Assembly (NCBI GenBank): GCA_964035575.1
Contig: OZ037847.1
Location: 372,001-436,000 of the forward strand
Source of the DNA: Rhynchopus sp. YZ270_cl-10
Taxonomy: Eukaryota
Length of the DNA stretch: 64,000 nt
Reading direction: 5' to 3'
The translations under genes and the position numbers were made by a program. Of the stretch, positions 1 through 11,435 are shown piece after piece (within the stretch, counting starts at the first letter, position 1; each line of letters begins with the position of its first letter). The notes below the pieces were generated by a model, which searched no databases, was not told the origin of the DNA, and was given only the letters and a program-made list of their open reading frames with translations.

Positions 1-2275
1 TTATCTGGGGGGGAGAAAATTTGAAAGATTTATGGCCGTTTTTGCCATGGTAGGTCTTCAAGAATTTCAATGGATAAAAAGAGGTTGAAAAGTGCAAAAA
101 AAAAACAACGTCACATACGGGGGAGACGCAGGCACTACATAAAACACGACCAAAAAACCGGGCTGACACTTTACCCAGCCGTTGAACAGAACAGAACAAA
201 GCAGCTGAAACAAAAAATAAACGGATGATAACTTAGAGAGAGAGACTATGTGTAACACTCTACACAGGCACCGTAAACCCGTAAACCCGCAAAACCTACA
301 AATTTGCAGGTTTTGTGCGATCAGACACAGACAGAGGTGTATGCGAGTGGGGGAAAAAAAAAGGAATGATTTTTGCTAATCAGATGCCGGCAGTAACACC
401 TTTTGGTATCTGTAGTTATTAGCTGTTGTTTGCTTCAGCAATAAGGGTAAAGCCGAGACAAGAGAAAAAAATAAAATACTTTGATAATAAAATGTGCTTC
501 TTGCGCACATCAAACGTAAAGGTTCGCAAGAATAAACTGAAGCCTCATGTGTGCTCAATTATCTTGAAAAAAAATAAATTCATATACAGGGGATGGGAAA
601 CGTACCGTAAGGTAGCAACAACATTAATGACACTTTTTTTGACGCGCTTATTTTTCCCCAGGGGGTTTTACAGCATTTAGTGAAGCGAATGCACGACGAA
701 ATCAAATAAAATTTGAAAGATGCCTCTTGTTCACACATCAGTCATCAAAATTTGAGCCCCCCCGGTGGGCGATCATTTTTCTTGAAATAAATTCCCCCCA
801 CTTACATTCCACTCAGGAGGAGAAGAACATGAGGGTAGAACAACTACTTTCCATTTGGATTTTTCTCGATAAAATGAACATTTCTCGAGGTAAAAAAATA
901 ATAGTAACAACGTGAGAGACACATGCCGGCAACGTGCACATTTTTTTTCAAAAGAGGGAGCGCAGAAGGACTGTCAGATACAAAAGCCCTTCGGGGCACA
1001 CCTCAAAATAAAAAGGTGATAAAAGTTGTAAGATGAACGGTGCTTCACATGCCTCACTTTCACTGCACACAACACACTTGGTTTTTTTTTAAAATTGACA
1101 CATAGTCCAACTAAAGAGCGTTCTGTACTAAAAAAAAGTCACCCGAAGAGGGGTTAGGGTCGTGCGGCAAAACCAAACCAAAAAACCCCAAAATAGGTGT
1201 TTATGATTCGTGGCACAATCACTCTTCGAAATGACTATTTGGTCCAAACATTCGGGACCAAAAAAAGACAGAAAAAATACTTCTGCACATTTTTACACGA
1301 TATTGAGAGGGGAAAAATATGGAAGACAAATGTGACATCACAAACATTGGATGATGGGATAAAAGGGGGGTGTGAGAAGGGGGGAGGGAAAAGGCAACAA
1401 CAACCTCCCCGAGATGATTCTTCCCAAGGGGGAAAAGCTTTAGAGGGAAGGGCTTTTCATTCCCTTCTTTCTTATTCATTGATTGAAAATCGTGTGGAAT
1501 TTTCTAAAAAAGACTTGTATAGGTCCATATTAATAAAAGGGTGAAGTTGATAACGTCCGGGCACCTCTTGTGGATGCAGGTCCGTAAAAATACCTTGATT
1601 TTCACACAAAGTGAACTGAGGCATAGGGGCACAAAAACTAAAGAGAGAAAAGTGGAACGGTACTGACACTCCATGGGTCATCGATCCGGGGAAAAAGACT
1701 AGTGATTCTTCGCAACGTTTTTGATACAAAAAACAACACATAAACACTGTTTTAAATGGCAGGAATTGCATAAGACTTATAGTGAAGTTGATAGTGCAAA
1801 CGCCTCTGGGGCGCAGGCACTGACACTTAAAACCTTTGGTTATTCTTCTATTAATGAACACCAAATTTGTCGTGACGTTTTTCTTAACTAGAAGCACCCA
1901 TCCCAAATAGAAAGAGCTGAGAGCATGCGCACACCCCCCTGACGAATAACACTAAACACATAACCAATCGTTTGCGCAACTTTTTTCCACACGCAAACCT
2001 TTAACGCAAACTCAAAGAAATACAGCTTTAAAACCAACAACACACGCTTCAACTTTTCTTGAAGAAAATGTTGGAATAACAACACAACACAGTTTCGAGA
2101 ATAGCACTCGCCTCTCACACACCTCTACAAAAGGAAGGAAGGGTTGCAAAGTACAAAACACTGCACTAAACCGCCACATGAAACCTCCCCTCACAGAAAA
2201 CCACCTCTTTTGCTTTTCCGATGCACTCTCTTCCTCCCACCTCCCTCCTCTTCCAAGCCCATCTCACCGTATCCT

Positions 2276-2683
2276 TCACTCTACAACCTCTATGGAGAGT
2301 TCCGGCTCCGTAGGGACCTTTGGGAGGATGGACGGGTCGTCAACTTTCCTTCCTTCATGGTTAAGTTCGACAAGACAACTGTTCACGTGGCCACGGATTT
2401 CTGCACGCTTACGAAGCCTTCTCCGTACGAGAATCGCTATGGCACCGCCCACTACGACCACTCCACCAGAAATGACAAAGACGATGAGCCAGATGGGGTC
2501 ATGCCCACTTCCTTTATGTTTCAAATGTCCGGACGGGCTAATCGCAGGGAAAGGTGTCGACAGAGGAGCGGTCGACTCATCGGTAAAGTTGCCCAAAAGC
2601 TCTTCATCCGTCTCACCAGCATCCACCACAACCAAACAGACACAAAGGAGTGCTGCTGTCACAAAAACTGTGGATCGGTTCAT
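2276..2683 (-). CDS. Small single-pass membrane protein with signal peptide (135 aa), unknown function
   Basis: From ATG at 2683: MNRSTVFVTAALLCVCLVVVDAG (signal-like), S/T/P-rich linker, hydrophobic IWLIVFVISGGVVVVGGAIAILV followed by basic RRRLRKR. The upstream part of the ORF track is spacer-like. Confidence 0.7.
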   Translation of the reverse strand: MNRSTVFVTAALLCVCLVVVDAGETDEELLGNFTDESTAPLSTPFPAISPSGHLKHKGSGHDPIWLIVFVISGGVVVVGGAIAILVRRRLRKRAEIRGHVNSCLVELNHEGRKVDDPSILPKVPTEPELSIEVVE

Positions 2684-2942
2684 CGTTAATTCTTTTTGTT
2701 TTTTTTTCCCCCCCTCAACTCTGGTTCTATAAAAGGTTCTTGATGTTAAAATGAGCAAAAAGTGGAATAAAAAAATGGGCGAGGGAGAGAGGGAGAGAGG
2801 AGGGATATTTGGAGGATCAAAGGACCCTTTCGAGAAAAGAAACCCCATAAAGTATTGAGATGACCAACCTAAGCCTCTCACAAACTGCGCATGTTAATGT
2901 ACAGTTTTCAAAAAAAAAGGCACAATGAAAACATTGTGAAAA

Positions 2943-5852
2943 TCAGGTCTCAACCGAATTAACCTTGAGACAGGGGAAGCGGGGGACCGTGGCAGACTTA
3001 CGCCCATTTGCTGCTTCTATTTTCCGCATTATTTCGGGGGCACCTTTTTCGGAGAACCCTTCTCCTTTGTGGAGTACTGTTACGCCTGGGAGGACGTCGA
3101 GACTGATGTCGAGGGGTTCATTCAGGGCGGGGGAGTTGCTCCGGATGTCGCACCCCCCTCCTGGGGTTACCGAGGGCGCGTACGGACTGCGCTGTCGATG
3201 CCTTGGGGAGAGCCGCATCATGCCCTCCTCATGCGCAAGCTTTTCCTGCTGTTTGATGAGCGACTCCTTCTTTTTATACAATACACCCCGCTTCTTCTGC
3301 TCCACTACTGAGCTTGCCACATAGTAGTACTGAGGTGTCTGAGCCTCAGGCAACCGAATCACCGCCTCAGGAGCATCCTCTGTTGTAGTCGCAGCATCAA
3401 CCCCTACACTCTGCGGGGGTGCTGCTACAGTGCAATGTGCTGTCCGCCGTGCCACCTTCTTAGGCGCAACCTTCTTCTGTGCAGGGAACACACCCTTGAG
3501 GAGCCCCTTAATGCCGTTAGTACTCAGCACCTCTTTCCAGTCAAGCTTTTCAACAGGATCGCCGGATTCGGAGGAGAGGGGGATACGTTGCGGGATGGTG
3601 GTGGGGAGGTCTGGGCTGTGGCCTCGTTTTGCAAGCTTGGTGACTTCTCTTTGGTAATGTTCGTGGAGGAGGGGGATGACGGTTGGGCTGGTTAAAACGA
3701 GGCGGCCTGCTGCAGTGGGGCCGTTTCCGTCTGAAAGGGCGTGGGCCATGAAGCCGGCTGATTTGTCGGTGTGGATGTCGCCGTCGTTGTCGTCGTCGTT
3801 GGAGTGCGCACCTGGTTGGGGTGGTGCAGTGGTGTTCTTGACGTTCTTTACAGCTTCTTCAAGTGCTGCCAGCTTCGGCGGCGCATCCCGCACAACCCTC
3901 CCCGAAAACCGCAGCAGATCCATCATCTTGCGTAAAGTGCTGTTATGCCGCTCCCAGCACTCCACCTTCAGCAGCTCCACCGCGTTTATTTTTTGTTTCA
4001 CCAAGGATAGCTCCCGGATCAACTCCAAGGGGTACATCGATTCCAACCTATCTGAGTACATACACTCCACGCACGCCCTCGGCAGACGGCATATGGTGCA
4101 GGTGTCCTCCTGGATCGTTTGCGACCCGGTCCCGGTTTCGACAGTTTCTGGCTCCTTATTAGCTGCTTTGATGTCTTTTCCTTGGAGTCGCCGTTTGAGT
4201 TTGCTTTGTGTTGTGATGAGAGAAGAGACGTCCATGAGGCAGAGTTTCTTCTTTTTTTTGTCATTTTTGTCGTTTTTGTCATTTTTCGGGGATGGTGCTG
4301 AATCCTTCTCAGCAGTGGGTACAGAGATGGAGGCTCGCTTTGGGGCACCACCGCCACCAAAGGTCTTCAGAATTTTTGTCTTTTGAACAGACTTCTGGAA
4401 TCTATTCCGAATCGCATCCTTCGGCTTCGCAGGAGGTGGCGGCGAGCGCGGCGATGCGACGGGAGACAGTGGTGGGCTCTCTGAAGGCTCCTCCTTTTTC
4501 GCCAACTTCGCAGCCTTCATCATCCGCAACCCCAGAGTCGGCTTGACTGCCTCAACAGAGGGCTTCCGTGGTACCAGCTCATCATCCTTTCTTGACTTTA
4601 TCCTTTCGATCTCTAGCTTCAATGCAGCAGCGTACTCTATTTTGCATGCTGCCTGAACCTTCTGACAGCATGCAGTAGTACGGCCAAAGCGCACGCTGTT
4701 CCTTCGCAGAACGTTGTGCGATGTTTTGAGAACGATGCATTGGCAGTTGAGGGTGGTCAGCTCAGAGGGGATGTCTTGTGAGGATTGTACGAGGAATTGG
4801 ACGGTGGTGACCTCAGTGGGGCTGGTGTCGATGCAGGCGCGTTGGAAGGCGACGCCTGCGGTGCGCATGGAGGTTGCAGCAGCATCAAGGTTGTCGTGAA
4901 ACCACTTCAGCAGAATATGTGCCTCCTTCTTCAGCGCCTCCAGCAAACGCTGCAGGTCTATTGAGCGTAGTTGCTGGCCCTGAAAGGAGCGTTTGTACAC
5001 CAGCGCCTGCTCCAAAGACTTCATCCGTCCTGCCACCTCACGAATGACAAGAAGCTGTCTGCTGAAGGCGTCAATCCGTTCCCGTTCCTGCGGCTCTGCC
5101 ATGATCTCCAATGCAAACTCTGACCCAGACACTACCGGGGTAACCTCCTCAGGGCGTAAGGAGGGCATTTGGATGGTGACTGCAGAGGCGTCGGTGCTGA
5201 AGGATTCGCGTCGGTAGGTGTCGAGCATTGAGTTGGTCTCCTGCACCAACTCGGCAACGTGCCCTTGCAAGACGCGGGCGTCGTGTTGTACATCCCAGTC
5301 AACGGAGTGGAGGAGCTGTGCCTTTGCAAAGAGGGCACGGCTTTGGACGTTCATCCAGTGTCGCATTGCTTGGACTTCGTTGTGGACGCAGTTGCGCACC
5401 TCAGAGACGGAGTGCTGTGCGATTTTGACCCGTGTGTCGAGGTACATGAAGAACTCTTTGTATTTGCCACGCAGGGCGTAGTATTTGTCCTCAAGGTTGG
5501 TGATGCGGATGAGGAGAAGGTGTTTGCTTGCCTGGAGCTGGTGCATCTCGGAGTCGGGGTCGCCTGCCTGCAGGCATTCGTTGTTCTTCTGCTCGTAGTA
5601 GCGGATGCGTTCCCGGAGTACACGGCATTCATTGCGTGCCTCCTCGCGCTCTGCCTTGTAGAGACCGAGCTGCAGCTTCTGGTGCAGATACTCCTTCTTC
5701 GCTGCTCTCGCCTCATGGTCTGTAGACTGCCTCAAAGCATCCATCTCTCGCGTAAGAGACGCAATCCGGTCGTCCTTCTCCTTCAAAAGCTTCCCCATCA
5801 TATCCACTTTGTTGGCCTTCACAATGCCCCATAGGCCGGCGGGTTTCTCCAT
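2943..5852 (-). CDS. Large coiled-coil protein (969 aa), unknown function
   Basis: Long uninterrupted ATG-initiated ORF. Heptad-rich N-terminal half, Pro/Lys-rich disordered C-terminal half, one CxxC..CxxC cluster. Confidence 0.8.
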   Translation of the reverse strand: MEKPAGLWGIVKANKVDMMGKLLKEKDDRIASLTREMDALRQSTDHEARAAKKEYLHQKLQLGLYKAEREEARNECRVLRERIRYYEQKNNECLQAGDPDSEMHQLQASKHLLLIRITNLEDKYYALRGKYKEFFMYLDTRVKIAQHSVSEVRNCVHNEVQAMRHWMNVQSRALFAKAQLLHSVDWDVQHDARVLQGHVAELVQETNSMLDTYRRESFSTDASAVTIQMPSLRPEEVTPVVSGSEFALEIMAEPQERERIDAFSRQLLVIREVAGRMKSLEQALVYKRSFQGQQLRSIDLQRLLEALKKEAHILLKWFHDNLDAAATSMRTAGVAFQRACIDTSPTEVTTVQFLVQSSQDIPSELTTLNCQCIVLKTSHNVLRRNSVRFGRTTACCQKVQAACKIEYAAALKLEIERIKSRKDDELVPRKPSVEAVKPTLGLRMMKAAKLAKKEEPSESPPLSPVASPRSPPPPAKPKDAIRNRFQKSVQKTKILKTFGGGGAPKRASISVPTAEKDSAPSPKNDKNDKNDKKKKKLCLMDVSSLITTQSKLKRRLQGKDIKAANKEPETVETGTGSQTIQEDTCTICRLPRACVECMYSDRLESMYPLELIRELSLVKQKINAVELLKVECWERHNSTLRKMMDLLRFSGRVVRDAPPKLAALEEAVKNVKNTTAPPQPGAHSNDDDNDGDIHTDKSAGFMAHALSDGNGPTAAGRLVLTSPTVIPLLHEHYQREVTKLAKRGHSPDLPTTIPQRIPLSSESGDPVEKLDWKEVLSTNGIKGLLKGVFPAQKKVAPKKVARRTAHCTVAAPPQSVGVDAATTTEDAPEAVIRLPEAQTPQYYYVASSVVEQKKRGVLYKKKESLIKQQEKLAHEEGMMRLSPRHRQRSPYAPSVTPGGGCDIRSNSPALNEPLDISLDVLPGVTVLHKGEGFSEKGAPEIMRKIEAANGRKSATVPRFPCLKVNSVET

Positions 5853-6391
5853 GGGAGAAAAAAATGGGGGAAAATGGGGTAAAAGATGATCCTGAGCCTG
5901 AAGAAGCTCGGGGGCTATCTCACCTAAAGAAAAAAGTGTTGTTGAGTGTGGTGGAAAGTGTGGGTAGGAGGGGGGGGAATAAAGTGTGGAGGAGAAGTCG
6001 TTTTTGAGGGAATTGCAGTTTTTTTTGTGGCGGGGGCACTTTGGTTGCCTTCGCCAAAAGAAGGGGGGGAAATATAGAAGTGAAAAGGTACCCTCACGGC
6101 CCCATTCAAAAAGAGAAGTTCAAAAAAGTGCAAAACACCTCGGTGTAAACGCCTCTGTGGAAGCAAAGACACCTCAAAAAAAGACAGCCTAATATTATAT
6201 CACCCCCACCCGATTCCCCCACTGGAAAACCCCTATTGTTAGTTGAGATAGAAATATTTCAACCACAATTCTCTATAAACTTTTGCCATATTGTGGTGAT
6301 GCTTCTCACACCCCCCACCAAGCCTCCCCCTCCCCCTCCCTTCCCCTCATAGATTCATTCAATTTGAAGAGAAATGGTGCAAGAGACATTT

Positions 6392-7576
6392 TCACGCAAC
6401 CGGCCGTTCACGAACCCAGGTTATTGCGACCCATTTTTCGAATCCTTCGTGTGGTGGGACTGCTTCGTGTTCGCTTTTTCTGTCAACCTTTCCGTTTCGC
6501 ATGATATTGTAGAAGAGGGCGAGTGTGCCAGCTTCTGGTGTGAACCCGACCGGCTCTGGTTTGGCATAGACGAAGCGGGTGTCCCCGCCTTTCCCTTCGG
6601 GGACGTCATTGAGGAAGACTATTGCCGTTGCAATGCGGTTGCCAGAGTTCCCCAGGTAGTCCTTCATGTTCGCTTCGAAGAAGTCGCTGTGGTGTATGTA
6701 CTTCTCCCCGGGTGAGTAGTGAAGGATCTGGAGAGACTCAAAGTGGGTTGTCGGCACACCGACCAACTCACTCACGACGTTCCGGATGTGCCGTGCTGGC
6801 GCAACGTTCTCATTCATCCACATCCCACTGCTGGTCCGCACGTCGTCCACCCCTTCGCTAGAATTTGTCGGGTGGACAACCTTTGAACGTTTCATTTTTG
6901 GTGCAGCTCTTTTGAGAATTTCTCGCATCTGTTCTTTGTTTAGGACGTTTTTTGCGGAGACAACGCGGGGTCGTGATTCGTGCCATTTTTTCCAGGAAAC
7001 TTCGGGGTATTTCTGCAGGGTTCCGTGGTCCTGCCCTTCACGCTCCCAGATGGTTTCGATGGACTTCGCTTCGCCAGAGGAGTCTTCGATGGGGATGCAG
7101 ATCCCGCAGGTTGCTTGGCAGGAGGACTTCATGAAGCCGCCTTCGCAGGGTTTGCCTTGTTCGGCGCAGTCCTGGGCACTGCATTTGGTGCCTTGGTGGG
7201 CGATTTCACCAGGGCAGCAGTCCTCCCATGCAGGGCAACCCTCGTAGTTGTCTTTGCAGTTGGGGTCGGGCTCCAGCTTGGTTTGGGTTGGCTGTTGTTC
7301 GCTGTGTTCGGAGTGCATCTGGGCCTCGCCGTGCCGTGCCGCCAACTGGTCGTTGTGTGCCTGCTCCAGATGTGCACCCTCGCGCTCTACGAGCTTGTCC
7401 AGCAGGTGCTGCTGACGCTCCTGCAGTGACTGTAACGAACGCAACTGTTTGTCCAGTTGTGCCCGTGCTGCACTGTCCGTCTGCTTCTTCTGTCCAAGCA
7501 TAAACATCGGTACAGTAGCCATCACACCAAGACCACCAAGAACTGCAAAAATGTACTTCGCATTTCGGGACAACAT
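6392..7576 (-). CDS. Type II membrane prolyl 4-hydroxylase (2OG-Fe(II) oxygenase) with ShKT-like Cys-rich domain
   Basis: N-terminal TM anchor and coiled stem, then CKDNYEGC..W..FMKSSCQATCGIC, then P4H motifs VRTSSGMW, ESLQILHY..YIHHSDFF (HxD), GNRIATAIVFLNDV, GGDTRF, SEHEAVP (distal His), EKWVAITWVRE (2OG Lys). Confidence 0.9.
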   Translation of the reverse strand: MLSRNAKYIFAVLGGLGVMATVPMFMLGQKKQTDSAARAQLDKQLRSLQSLQERQQHLLDKLVEREGAHLEQAHNDQLAARHGEAQMHSEHSEQQPTQTKLEPDPNCKDNYEGCPAWEDCCPGEIAHQGTKCSAQDCAEQGKPCEGGFMKSSCQATCGICIPIEDSSGEAKSIETIWEREGQDHGTLQKYPEVSWKKWHESRPRVVSAKNVLNKEQMREILKRAAPKMKRSKVVHPTNSSEGVDDVRTSSGMWMNENVAPARHIRNVVSELVGVPTTHFESLQILHYSPGEKYIHHSDFFEANMKDYLGNSGNRIATAIVFLNDVPEGKGGDTRFVYAKPEPVGFTPEAGTLALFYNIMRNGKVDRKSEHEAVPPHEGFEKWVAITWVRERPVA

Positions 7577-7697
7577 TTTTCTTTTTTGTACTGTCAAAGA
7601 GAGTGAGAGATATGGGGAATAAAGGAGTGCGCAACCTTGAAACAAATCCTTCTTTTTTTTTGTAAATACAAGAACAAACAGTGTTTTTTTCTACAAA

Positions 7698-8891
7698 TCA
7701 CATCCCAATAAACCGCATTCCTGTCCGCACTGACTTTTGACTGGAACTGCGGGTCGGCATGAAGAGCGACTTGGTCACCCTCTTCTCCTCTGTCGCGCCT
7801 TCCACCCCAAAGGGCGGACGCGTCCCCCCTGCCTCTACCGACCCCTTCCGCCTCTGCGGGCTTGCCCGCCCCACCCTCTGCTCCACCTTAGGCTGTGGTG
7901 GCGGTGCGTGCCGCTTCCCTGTTATATCCACCGCATGCGCACCCACCGGCCCTGTGTACGCCTGCGGCGCTGCGTCCCTTAGAAAGGTCTTGCTAGGAGA
8001 CAACACCTCATTAGGGTTGCCACGCACCGGACGGGAGACAGGCGACGCAGCACGCCTTCCTAACACACGCCGCTCTGTGGACGCACTGCGCACACCGTAC
8101 TGCCGTTTGCTTGACGTCCACTCCGATGCCGCAGTGGTGGTGGCGGTGGTGGTAGTTGTGGTAGCTTCACTCCGCACACCACACCACTGCCCCCTCTGAT
8201 GCGCCGCTGCCGTTGGCGACAGAGACCGAATCGTAGCCGCTTCTCCCGCACCCCCGGCACTCCCTCTAACGTACATCCTCCGTGAAGGCGATGCAGAGTG
8301 ATGCATCGTCACCGAAGAAGGGTCCGACCGCGCTGCAGGCTCTTCAGAGAGACGCCGCCTTCGTTGCATGGAGGGGGAAGGTGGTGCGGTGGGGATCTCA
8401 AATGGTGCAGCATGCACGGCACGACCGTACACTGCGACGGTGGAGGTCGAGGTGGGGTGGGAGGGGGCAGACATCTGAGAAGCAGAACGCCGTGCAGGGG
8501 GGATCGGAACACTGGTGCTTCTCCGAGAGGTGCTTCCCGTGGTGCTGCCCTTAGCCCGAGAGGAGGAAGGTGTACGGCGTGAAGGTGTCCCTCCTGTTGC
8601 CATGGAAGCCAACGATGTGACGGAGGGGCTTCGGATGTGTGAGGCAGCAGCCTTCGGGGTGGTGGAGGTGGAGGGTGTAGGGCGTGCAAGAGAGGTAGTT
8701 GTCTCAAGGCGGCCGCCGCCTAAGACACGCCATTGGATTTCTACCCGTGCGCGTGCTACAGCGCTGGCCACTCCATATTCAGGGAGAAGCTCCTGAAGCG
8801 CCTTCAAGGAAAGCCCAAGAAGCTCGTCTTTGGTGAAGTCGTCTCCTACCTTTGTCGTAAACTGTTCCCATGCGGTAGCGCTGGCAGACAT
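7698..8891 (-). CDS. Ser/Thr/Arg/Pro-rich low-complexity protein with short N-terminal helical (possibly SAM-like) domain
   Basis: 397-aa ORF co-oriented with neighbours. The first ~55 aa look globular and the rest is disordered. Confidence 0.65.
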   Translation of the reverse strand: MSASATAWEQFTTKVGDDFTKDELLGLSLKALQELLPEYGVASAVARARVEIQWRVLGGGRLETTTSLARPTPSTSTTPKAAASHIRSPSVTSLASMATGGTPSRRTPSSSRAKGSTTGSTSRRSTSVPIPPARRSASQMSAPSHPTSTSTVAVYGRAVHAAPFEIPTAPPSPSMQRRRRLSEEPAARSDPSSVTMHHSASPSRRMYVRGSAGGAGEAATIRSLSPTAAAHQRGQWCGVRSEATTTTTTATTTAASEWTSSKRQYGVRSASTERRVLGRRAASPVSRPVRGNPNEVLSPSKTFLRDAAPQAYTGPVGAHAVDITGKRHAPPPQPKVEQRVGRASPQRRKGSVEAGGTRPPFGVEGATEEKRVTKSLFMPTRSSSQKSVRTGMRFIGM

Positions 8892-9287
8892 CAAAGCCCG
8901 CCAGGGTTTGTCTGAGGTTTGTGAAAATGTGGGGAGGGAAGAGGGAGAGGAAGAGGAGAAGGGATAAAAATAAAAGAAACGGGTTGGAGTGTCGTTTAAG
9001 CGTGCTGTGTAAATGAGCGTGGGGTGGGGGGGTAGGGTGCGTCCTCCAATACGACTAAAAGGAGGTGAGGTGGATAAAACCTCGCATGGGCTAGATGGTT
9101 TTTTTTTTTTTTTTTGGTTTTTTTTTAGAAAAGGAAGACGTTAAAAGACCCTCTTTTGGTGCAGAAAAGTTTTTTGTATGAGAGACCCCTCTTTGACTAC
9201 AATGCTTTCTACTCCAGGTCACATCACAAAAGAGGGTCGGAGGTCCCCAACACCGGAGACTCATAGGGAGGGTTCCTCTCTCTCCGT

Positions 9288-11051
9288 TCACCCTGAGAAC
9301 GACACACACGAAGCACCCCGAGAGGGACTCCGCCGCACAGTACCTGCAGGGGGTTGGAGGTGCCCTGCTGTGCTTGCTACTCGCTCCCTCGCTCCTCCTC
9401 CTCCTCCTCCTCTTCGCTGATCCGCTTCAAGAAAGGCTTTAGAAACGCATGGCGAAGCGCTATGTGGACGGCGTATAGGGGACGACTCTCTTCGGTTGGG
9501 GGGTGCCGGGTGTTTTGCGGACTGTTGCATTTGCTGCAGTTCTTCGCACTGTGACATAAAGGTTCGGGTCTGTTGCCGTGAGGTGGAGAGCTCGCTACGC
9601 AGCTCTGCTACATTGAGCATAAGCGCCTGCCTCTTATTTTCAGACTCCGACAGCAATGCTACACTCTGCCGCCATGCAATCTCTAAGGTGCTCTGGAATC
9701 GGTCCACCTCCTTAACTCTCCCTTGCAAAGCTACTTCTTTATTCGACCTCACCAAGGTCCCCCGAGTAACCGCAGCTAACGTCCCAGCGCGGTGCATCAA
9801 GAGCGGTGGGTATTGTGTGCTGACAGCAGAAGGGACTGCTGCGGCAGCGTCGTGTGGTGTGAAAGGGACGTTGGAGGAAAGGGGTTGGTCGATAGGGCGG
9901 GGCGGTGCTTGGAAGGAGTCTTTGAAATTGCTGAGAATATGCGAAATGACGGAGGCGCCGGAAAGCGCGGTGGCTTCATCATATTCGCTGAAGCAGGTTC
10001 CTGGGGCGCCTACCTTATCGAAAAGCTGTATCGCCCCAATGCACTCTCTGACATACGCCTTGAAGCGAACCGGGATGGGGACAAGCAACGTTGTGGGCAT
10101 GTCTTGGTCGCTGACTTTTGGTTCCCCCCCTCCTTCCTCATCGGATTTGAGCGTTTTGAGGTTTGTTACGACGGCTTCTGCGACAGATTCCGATCCGGTT
10201 GTACCCTGGGTGTGTGCAGGGGCACGCTGCTCAACACCAACGTTGACACCCACTCCGGTCCCTACCACCGCACCGACAACGCCTTGAGAGAGGGGCCGCC
10301 GTGTGGGCTCCTCCTTGCCTGAGACGGAGAAGTTCCCCATGCATACCAACGGCACAATCTCGTCGCCTGCTTCAGACAGCAGGGCCCCCTGCACCCTCCC
10401 CCACAGCACCGCCCGCGAGGCACCTACCTGCTCCGCAACAGACTCCGCAACAAGATACAGAGCAGACATAATCTGCACCCCTACACCCACCGCAGGCGCG
10501 ACACCACGCTGTCGAGACAGTTTCGGACCAGAGACCTGCTGTCCAAACCTATTTGTGACAACACGCTGCGTCTGTTTTGGGTTGAATTTGGTGTATTTAG
10601 TGCCGCGAGAATTGGTGCGAACGGTAGGTTCCTCCGAAGACACGCTGTGTGCTTTGTGTTGGGGTTTTTGTGCTTTGGGGCTGCGTACGGTGGCGCCTTT
10701 GGTACGTACATGGCGGGTTGTGCTGTCGTCGCGGATGCTGTTGTGGAGTTCAACGGTGCGTTTGCGTGCTTCTGCTGCAGCTGCGTTTGCAAGCTCTCGT
10801 TCACTATGCAGCATCGCTAAGGAAGCTTGCAGGTCGTGTATTTCCTGATGTACTTGGCTTGCAAGCGTGTTAAACGCCTCTTGCAATGTTGCTGCCACCT
10901 TCGAAAGTTTCGTCGACTGCGGTTTCAATTCACTCAAAGAAGAAATATTCACCCTCACATCCTGAAACAAAGACTGCAAACCCCCCTCAATGCACAATGA
11001 TTGCACATTCGATTCGGTAAAGGGGTGCAAGCACCCCCAGCACATATGCAT
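9288..11051 (-). CDS. Coiled-coil protein with GAF-like domain (587 aa)
   Basis: GAF-like pattern LYLVAESVAEQVGASRAVLW...GVVGAVVGTGVGVNV...TLLVPI...CIGAIQLFDK...FSEYDEATA, flanked by coiled coils. Confidence 0.75.
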   Translation of the reverse strand: MHMCWGCLHPFTESNVQSLCIEGGLQSLFQDVRVNISSLSELKPQSTKLSKVAATLQEAFNTLASQVHQEIHDLQASLAMLHSERELANAAAAEARKRTVELHNSIRDDSTTRHVRTKGATVRSPKAQKPQHKAHSVSSEEPTVRTNSRGTKYTKFNPKQTQRVVTNRFGQQVSGPKLSRQRGVAPAVGVGVQIMSALYLVAESVAEQVGASRAVLWGRVQGALLSEAGDEIVPLVCMGNFSVSGKEEPTRRPLSQGVVGAVVGTGVGVNVGVEQRAPAHTQGTTGSESVAEAVVTNLKTLKSDEEGGGEPKVSDQDMPTTLLVPIPVRFKAYVRECIGAIQLFDKVGAPGTCFSEYDEATALSGASVISHILSNFKDSFQAPPRPIDQPLSSNVPFTPHDAAAAVPSAVSTQYPPLLMHRAGTLAAVTRGTLVRSNKEVALQGRVKEVDRFQSTLEIAWRQSVALLSESENKRQALMLNVAELRSELSTSRQQTRTFMSQCEELQQMQQSAKHPAPPNRRESSPIRRPHSASPCVSKAFLEADQRRGGGGGGARERVASTAGHLQPPAGTVRRSPSRGASCVSFSG

Positions 11052-11435
11052 TGTGTGAGAGAGAGCGTAGAGGGTTGAATCAAATCACTCAAAAAAAAAT
11101 GAAGAGAAAAGTTTGTAATGATGAACCTAAGCCTCTCGTGCTTCCATCAAAGAAAGGTGAGTTCTGTTAAAGTATCGCAAAAAAGGGAATATGGGTGTGA
11201 GAGAGAGAAGGTTCTTTTCTGGGTTAGTGAGGGTAGTGAGAAAGAGAAGGATGATAATTTAAAACAAAATATTCTGTGGATGCGTGACCGGGACACACAC
11301 CGGAGGGTTTTAGATACGTTTTCATTTCCTCCCCTACTGCAAGGCAGTTGTCTCAAAAAAAGGGGGGTGGGGGAAGAACTGTAGGAGCTATTTTTTTATC
11401 GTACTTCGAAAAACACTGGGTTAGAATGAATAAAG

